The notes beneath the pieces are model-generated. The model searched no databases. It was not told the origin of the DNA and was given only the letters and a program-made list of their open reading frames with translations. A stretch of 16,624 bases of DNA from an uncultured Deinococcales bacterium (GTDB lineage Bacteria > Deinococcota > Deinococci > Deinococcales > JAAFIG01): assembly GCA_964244895.1 (NCBI GenBank), contig CAXTKV010000114.1, forward strand, positions 1 through 16,624. Direction: 5' to 3'. This document shows, in pieces, positions 11,778-16,624 of this stretch (position 1 is its first letter; every line of letters begins with the position of its first letter). A program made the translations under genes and the position numbers.

Positions 11778-12759
11778 CGAATAACCCAACGGCAATTCCC
11801 GGCTCTTTATTAGCAGTTTTTACCTGCTTTTGGTCAGCGAGACTGTTGCGTTCCCAAAAATATCCATCGTGATAGCCTTGAATTGTGTTATCTGATTCAG
11901 CACGGTTTAGTCTTTTTACGGCCATCTGGCAGTATTCTGGCTCTTGCTCAACACCAGAAAACTTTCTGCTAAGTTTCTTTGCAACTACACATGTCGTTCC
12001 TGAACCAAAAAATGGGTCAAATACAAAATCGTTTGGCTTTGAACTTGCAAGAATTAGTTTTGCAATTAGTTTTTCAGGCTTTTGTGTTGGATGATCGGTG
12101 TTTTCTGACATAGACCAGAAGGGGATTGAAATGTCTGTCCAGAGGTTAGATGGGTGCGTTAAACGATAGTTACCGTTTATTGTTTCTTCCCAGTCTTTTG
12201 GCTCGCCAGAGGAGTTACGGTACGGCGCAATAACTTTCCGCTTTAACTTGACTGCTTCAACATCGAAAAAGTAATCATCAGATACGGTGCAAAACCAAAT
12301 ATCCTCAGAACAATTTTTCCAGTTAGAGATTGACCCACGGCCTTTCTCGCGTTCCCACGTGATGCGGTTTCTTACAATGAAGTGTCTTTCCAGAACTGTT
12401 TGCACCGATTTAGACGATTGCCAATCACAGCAAACGTAAAGCGAAGCAGTTGCTTTCAAGCATCTCTTGAGTTTTGCTATCCAAGACTCAAGCCACTCTT
12501 CATATAACTCCGATGAAGTCTTGGAGAATTTGCTGTTCCCAAATTTTTTGGTCAAGTTGTATGGCGGATCTATAATCATTAGATCAATGAACTGATCTGG
12601 TAAAAAATTAAGGCAAGCAAATAAGTTTTGATATATTAACCTATCCTCAATTTCAATAGAGGCACTTTGTGACCCCAACGAAATTGTTTGGCGCATGAGG
12701 ACATCACTCTCGCTCTCGCGGACGACTAAGGTTCGGTTGCGCGGTGCTCTCTCTTTCAT
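11770..12759 (-). CDS. Site-specific DNA methyltransferase, beta class (N6-adenine/N4-cytosine, N6_N4_Mtase)
   Basis: Catalytic motif IV DLMIIDPPY precedes HPTQKPEKL and SAM-binding motif I VFDPFFGSGTT (beta order). Confidence 0.95.
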   Translation of the reverse strand: MKERAPRNRTLVVRESESDVLMRQTISLGSQSASIEIEDRLIYQNLFACLNFLPDQFIDLMIIDPPYNLTKKFGNSKFSKTSSELYEEWLESWIAKLKRCLKATASLYVCCDWQSSKSVQTVLERHFIVRNRITWEREKGRGSISNWKNCSEDIWFCTVSDDYFFDVEAVKLKRKVIAPYRNSSGEPKDWEETINGNYRLTHPSNLWTDISIPFWSMSENTDHPTQKPEKLIAKLILASSKPNDFVFDPFFGSGTTCVVAKKLSRKFSGVEQEPEYCQMAVKRLNRAESDNTIQGYHDGYFWERNSLADQKQVKTANKEPGIAVGLFDE

Positions 12760-12767
12760 TGCGCTAC

Positions 12768-12796
12768 ATCGTAAGCCACCTCAGATTTCATGGCAA
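12768..12796 (-). promoter_or_regulatory. Sigma70-type promoter for the methyltransferase, probably giving a leaderless mRNA
   Basis: Minus strand TTGCCA (12796-12791), 17 nt, TACGAT (12773-12768), 8 nt, ATG; no Shine-Dalgarno sequence in between. Confidence 0.65.
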
Positions 12797-12824
12797 GCGA
12801 CCCCCACGCGAGCCTGCGTTTGCC

Positions 12825-12904
12825 ACCGCGACATTTGACGTACCCCTCACTCTCCTGCCTACCGTCATCGCGCCGATGCAACTCGATGCTCGAGCCGCGA
12901 TGAT
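12825..12904 (+). promoter_or_regulatory. Putative activator-dependent promoter, copy 2
   Basis: ACCGCGACATTTGACGTA at 12825-12842, GCGCCGATGC at 12870-12879, -10-like GATGAT at 12899-12904; offsets identical to copy 1. Confidence 0.7.
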
Positions 12905-12927
12905 ACGTCTCGAGAGGACGGCATCAG

Positions 12928-12981
12928 AACACCGTCCCAGACGCAAATTCCTGACGCACAGGAACACCGTCTAGCACGCAA
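12928..12981 (+). repeat. Dispersed repeat family, two direct copies
   Basis: AACACCGTCCCAGACGCAA (12928-12946) and AACACCGTCTAGCACGCAA (12963-12981). Confidence 0.85.
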
Positions 12982-13065
12982 GCCCTTCAGCGCACCAACC
13001 ATCGCACTCGCATCCTGGACTCGAGACATTCGGGTCTGCGGGGAAACCATTCATCGGAGGTCTTT

Positions 13066-13200
13066 ATGGAAGCGGATCGCATCAAGAGTTTCCTCGCGCA
13101 AGACCTGGCGAAAGCCTTGTGGGACGCCAACTGGACGGAACCCGAAGATGACGAACCTGACGCGCCCCAGATCGAACTGATCCATGCTGCGCCGCAGTGA
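13066..13200 (+). CDS. Putative 44-aa acidic small protein
   Basis: GGAGG 5 nt before ATG; MEADRIKSFLAQDLAKALWDANWTEPEDDEPDAPQIELIHAAPQ*; host-like codons; ends 24 bp before the DUF2721 gene. Confidence 0.65.
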   Translation: MEADRIKSFLAQDLAKALWDANWTEPEDDEPDAPQIELIHAAPQ

Positions 13201-13224
13201 TGCCCAAGCCCTGAGGAGCCAGCG

Positions 13225-13740
13225 ATGAGCCTCGAGATGATCGCGCGAACGATCCAGTTCATCCTCGCACCCGCCGTGGTAGTCAACGCCTGCGCGGTGC
13301 TGATGGGCGGGTTGCTGGCGCACTACGCCACGATCAACGACCGCCTGCACGCGCTCAACCGCGAACGGCTGGAACGTTTGAATCTCGCCCACGATCACGA
13401 ACCGGACGCGTTGACCATTGAACGTCTGCGCGAGATCGACGCGCAAGTTCCCAGTCTGGTGCGTCGGCATCGGCTGGTGCGGGATGCGGCGCTGGCGGTC
13501 TACGGCGCGATTCTGACGTTCGTGCTGAGCATGTTCGTGATCGCCGTGGCGATTGTGACGGAGGCGTCGTGGGTCTCGAGCGCCGCGTTGATCGTGTTTC
13601 TGGTCGGCGCGTTGCTGCTGGTCGTGGGCGTGCTGTTCGTCACGCTCGAGCTTTGGGCTTCGCACGTCGCCATCGAGTACGAGGTCGCTCGGGTCTCGAG
13701 CCTGGGTTTGAGCGGTTTGTTGAAAGGGGAACGCGCATGA
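13225..13740 (+). CDS. DUF2721-like membrane protein
   Basis: IQFILAPAVVVNACAVL...INDRLHAL followed by two further hydrophobic segments; RBS GAGGAG. Confidence 0.8.
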   Translation: MSLEMIARTIQFILAPAVVVNACAVLMGGLLAHYATINDRLHALNRERLERLNLAHDHEPDALTIERLREIDAQVPSLVRRHRLVRDAALAVYGAILTFVLSMFVIAVAIVTEASWVSSAALIVFLVGALLLVVGVLFVTLELWASHVAIEYEVARVSSLGLSGLLKGERA

Positions 13741-14600
13741 AATTTCCGCCATTGACCAACTGGGAACAGACCAGCCACGGCCTGCACCAAGCCGCGCAAG
13801 TCCTGGGCGCGATCCGAATGCTGACCCGAGATCCCGTGCCGAATTATCTGGAATTGGCCTTGCGGATCGAAGCGGACGGGCTGTCCACGGAACGCTTGCC
13901 CTCCGGCGGCGAGGTGCGGTTGGACTTCGAGCGCGGCGTGGTGGTCTGCGCGCCGAAGGACGGGCGGGCGATGGCGGTCTCGCTGGCCGGGCGCACGCAG
14001 GCGTCGTTGCTCGAGTCGATCCTGACGGCCTTGCACGCGCAGGATCAATCGCTCGTGGCGCAGCAGGACGGTTCGTTCAGCGCGGCCTTCCTGACGGCGC
14101 TTCAGGCGAGGAATCACCCGCTGATCGGTTCCGTAGAGATCGGCGGCACGGACGCACTCGAGGTGGATCGCGCCCTGGGTGCGGAGTACGCGCACGTGCT
14201 GAACCGCGTCTTGACCGCGACCGCGCGCTGGCGCTCGAGGCTGGCGGGGTTCGTCACGCCCGTGGTGGTCTGGCCGGAGCATTTCGACCTCTCGACGCTG
14301 TGGTTCGCCACGAGCGAGGTGAGCGAGAGCGCCCCGCAGATGAACTTCGGTTTCGCACCGTTCGATTCTGTTGACCCCAGACCGTACCTGTACGTCACCG
14401 CGTACCCGATGCCGGAGGGCTTCGAGACGCTGCCGCTACCCATGAGCGCACGCTGGCACACGGAGGGCTGGAACGGCGCAGTCGTGCCTTACGGCGAACT
14501 GGTGCGGGCCGAAGACCCGGAGGCGTTGATCGAATCCGTGTTCGAGGCGATCCACGCGGTGCTTTCGCCCACACTCAGAACGCTCGAGCTTCACGCTTGA
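13737..14600 (+). CDS. DUF5996-like protein
   Basis: ATGA overlap with the previous gene. Motifs WEQTSHGLHQAAQVLGAIR, TPVVVWPEHFDL, MNFGFAP and PYLYVTAYPMPEGF resemble DUF5996. Confidence 0.7.
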   Translation: MKFPPLTNWEQTSHGLHQAAQVLGAIRMLTRDPVPNYLELALRIEADGLSTERLPSGGEVRLDFERGVVVCAPKDGRAMAVSLAGRTQASLLESILTALHAQDQSLVAQQDGSFSAAFLTALQARNHPLIGSVEIGGTDALEVDRALGAEYAHVLNRVLTATARWRSRLAGFVTPVVVWPEHFDLSTLWFATSEVSESAPQMNFGFAPFDSVDPRPYLYVTAYPMPEGFETLPLPMSARWHTEGWNGAVVPYGELVRAEDPEALIESVFEAIHAVLSPTLRTLELHA

Positions 14601-14648
14601 GCGAACCATCTCAGGCTCGAGCTACGCGAGAAGAAAGAGGAGGAAGGC

Positions 14649-15458
14649 ATGAAGGGACTCAAGGGCAAGAAAGTGCTGGTCACGGGCGGCTCGAGCGGCA
14701 TCGGGCAGGCGATTGCGATTAAATTTGCCGAGTACGGCGCGGACGTGGCGATCAACTTTTACAGCAATCAAGCCGAGGCCGAAATGACCGAGAGCGCGAT
14801 CCAGTTCTGCCGCAACAGCGTGCAGCAGCACGGCGTCAAGGACATCCTGGTGCAGGCGGACGTGTCCAAAGAAGAGGACGTGGAACGGATGTTCAAGACC
14901 GTCCTGGACGCGTGGGGCACGCTGGACATCCTGATCAACAACGCGGGCATTCAGATTCCGGCGGATTCCCACGAGATGACGGTTCAGCAATTCGACCGCG
15001 TGCTGAACACGAACCTGCGCGGGGCGTTCATGTGCGCCCAACGCGCGATCCAGACTTTCCTGAAAGACAACAAACCGGGCAGCATCGTCAACATCTCGAG
15101 CGTTCACCAGGAGATCCCGAAGCCGCGCTTTCTGGGCTACAGCGTTTCCAAGGGCGGAATGCAGAACCTGACGCGCACGCTGGCGCTGGAGTACGCGGGG
15201 CGCGGCATCCGCGTCAACGCGGTCGGGCCGGGCGCGACGGTCACGCCGATCAACCGCTCGTGGATCGACGACCCCGAAAAGCGCGCGATGGTCGAATCGC
15301 ACATCCCGATGGCCCGCGCCGGCACGAGCGACGAGATGGCGGAGACCGTGGCCTTCCTCTCGAGCGATCTGGGCGGGTACATCACGGGTCAGACGATTTT
15401 CGTGGATGGCGGTTTGACGCTCTTTCCGGACTTCCGCACGAGCTGGTCTTCGGAGTAA
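14649..15458 (+). CDS. SDR oxidoreductase, glucose 1-dehydrogenase type
   Basis: TGGSSGIG, ILINNAG, ISSVHQEIP, catalytic YSVSK, VGPGATVTPIN, ITGQTIFVDGG; RBS GAGGAGG. Confidence 0.9.
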   Translation: MKGLKGKKVLVTGGSSGIGQAIAIKFAEYGADVAINFYSNQAEAEMTESAIQFCRNSVQQHGVKDILVQADVSKEEDVERMFKTVLDAWGTLDILINNAGIQIPADSHEMTVQQFDRVLNTNLRGAFMCAQRAIQTFLKDNKPGSIVNISSVHQEIPKPRFLGYSVSKGGMQNLTRTLALEYAGRGIRVNAVGPGATVTPINRSWIDDPEKRAMVESHIPMARAGTSDEMAETVAFLSSDLGGYITGQTIFVDGGLTLFPDFRTSWSSE

Positions 15459-15512
15459 CACCGTCCAGCACGCATTTCTCGAGAATCAAAAAACGCCGTG
15501 CCAGGCGGTGTT
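15457..15512. repeat. Dispersed repeat family, inverted pair overlapping the SDR stop codon
   Basis: AACACCGTCCAGCACG (15457-15472) and CGTGCCAGGCGGTGTT (15497-15512; reverse complement AACACCGCCTGGCACG). Confidence 0.85.
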
Positions 15513-15635
15513 CCCGGAGTCTCGGGTATTCCTCACGGTGAAGCTCGAGCGATCGTTGCCGTGTGAGGGCGAACACTGCGGTTCGCCCCAACCAAAGCCC
15601 AATGCCGGATTTATTCCGCCCAGAACGCGAGGTCA

Positions 15636-16580
15636 ATGGTGCTCGAGACGAATCCAGAACAGAATGCTCGAGAAGAGAACCTCGATTGGTTCCCGTCGCG
15701 CTACGGTGCTGACGATCAGATCGGGATGCTGAACGAGATCGGACTCGAGCACGTGGTTCGCGCAGCGCGGCTGGTGCGAGAAGGGCGCGTATACGATCTG
15801 AGTCACGTGCTGGACGAATCCGTTCCGGCCTTTCCAGGCCGCAGCTTCCGCCAGCACTTGACGACCAGCGCGCACCAACTGAACGCGCGGCGACCCGACG
15901 CGGGGCCGCTGGGCGGCTGGGGCGAGAACGACATGAACTGGATGGTCGAGGTGGTGTCCGCGACATCTCAACTGGGCACGCACCTGGACGGGCTAAACCA
16001 CATCCAGATCGGCGAGCGCTGCTACAACGGCTTTCCGCTGTCTGAGATCGTCGAGGAGTACGGCACGAACAAGCTGGGCCAGGAAAGCGTGCCGCAGATC
16101 GTGACGCGAGGCGTGCTGCTGGACATCGCCGCGCTCAAGGGCGTGCAGCGTCTCGAGCGCGGTTACGCGATCACCGTGAACGACGCGGAATTGGCGCTCG
16201 AGCGACAGGCACTGGAGGTTGCTCGAGGCGATGCGCTGCTGTTCCACACGGGCTGGGGCGAACTGTGGATGATGGACAACGCGACGTACCTTTCCGGCGA
16301 ACCCGGCCCCGGCCTGGCGCTCGCGGCCTGGATGGTGGAAAAGGGAATCGTGATCTCCGGCTGCGACACCTGGAGTTACGGCCCCGTACCGCCGGAGAAC
16401 CCATCCCGACCGTTCGAGGTTCCGCAAACATTGAACGTCAAGCACGGCTTGTTCATCCTCGAGAACCTGAAGCTCACCGAACTCGCGACGGATCGCGTTT
16501 CCGAATTCATGTTCGTCGTCTCGCACGCCAAGCTGCGCGGCGCGACGGGCGCGTGGGTCGCACCGCTCGCCGTGCGGTGA
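15636..16580 (+). CDS. Cyclase-family (kynurenine formamidase-like) metal-dependent hydrolase
   Basis: YGADDQIGMLN, metal motif QLGTHLDGLNH, VTRGVLLD, GDALLFHTGW, HGLFILENL. Confidence 0.88.
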   Translation: MVLETNPEQNAREENLDWFPSRYGADDQIGMLNEIGLEHVVRAARLVREGRVYDLSHVLDESVPAFPGRSFRQHLTTSAHQLNARRPDAGPLGGWGENDMNWMVEVVSATSQLGTHLDGLNHIQIGERCYNGFPLSEIVEEYGTNKLGQESVPQIVTRGVLLDIAALKGVQRLERGYAITVNDAELALERQALEVARGDALLFHTGWGELWMMDNATYLSGEPGPGLALAAWMVEKGIVISGCDTWSYGPVPPENPSRPFEVPQTLNVKHGLFILENLKLTELATDRVSEFMFVVSHAKLRGATGAWVAPLAVR

Positions 16581-16603
16581 GCGTGCGATCTCGAGGTGAA
16601 AGA

Positions 16604-16624
16604 AACACCGTCCCGGACGCGAAT
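16604..16624 (+). repeat. Dispersed repeat family copy, cut by the window end
   Basis: AACACCGTCCCGGACGC, 23 bp after the cyclase stop. Confidence 0.8.

Larger units (their letters stand above)
10557..12796 (-). mobile_element. AT-rich horizontally acquired restriction-modification island / probable gene cassette
   Basis: Abrupt fall in GC (about 40% by eye), opposite orientation to all neighbours, no CTCGAG, terminal attC-like site. The right boundary is approximate. Confidence 0.85.

Noticed and set aside
10557..12800. IS/transposon or prophage origin of the island
   Set aside because: No transposase, integrase, terminal inverted repeats or convincing target-site duplication seen. TGACGTA occurs on both sides (10554, 12836), but the second is part of the operator also found at 2693.
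13569..13736. Upstream GTG start for the DUF5996-like gene
   Set aside because: It would overlap DUF2721 by about 170 bp; ATG 13737 with an ATGA overlap and GGGGA RBS is more plausible.
14898..14911. ACCGTCCTGGACGC inside the SDR gene resembling the dispersed repeat
   Set aside because: It lacks the AAC start and encodes an ordinary SDR segment (TVLDA), so it is probably a chance match.

Overview
GC-rich (roughly 65% by eye) bacterial DNA, possibly Deinococcota-like (inference from composition and gene style only). On the + strand: a 5'-truncated GAF-PAS-GAF HisKA_3 sensor kinase with its NarL-family regulator; an OsmF-type ABC binding protein; a flavoprotein disulfide oxidoreductase; an amylo-alpha-1,6-glucosidase; a GH63/MGH1-like glucosidase; then DUF2721, DUF5996, a glucose-1-dehydrogenase-type SDR and a cyclase-family hydrolase. 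A ~2.2 kb AT-rich minus-strand island (beta-class DNA methyltransferase plus putative restriction endonuclease) interrupts the cluster. The island ends in a 67-bp integron attC-like site although no integrase is in the window. Non-coding signals are: (i) about 86 CTCGAG palindromes in host DNA and none in the island; (ii) a dispersed repeat family AACACCGTC.....ACG after genes, often as inverted pairs; (iii) the same operator/promoter architecture, with identical spacing, upstream of both gene modules flanking the island; (iv) two small ORFs not called as such in the ORF track, one bracketed by a duplicated 16-bp gene junction.
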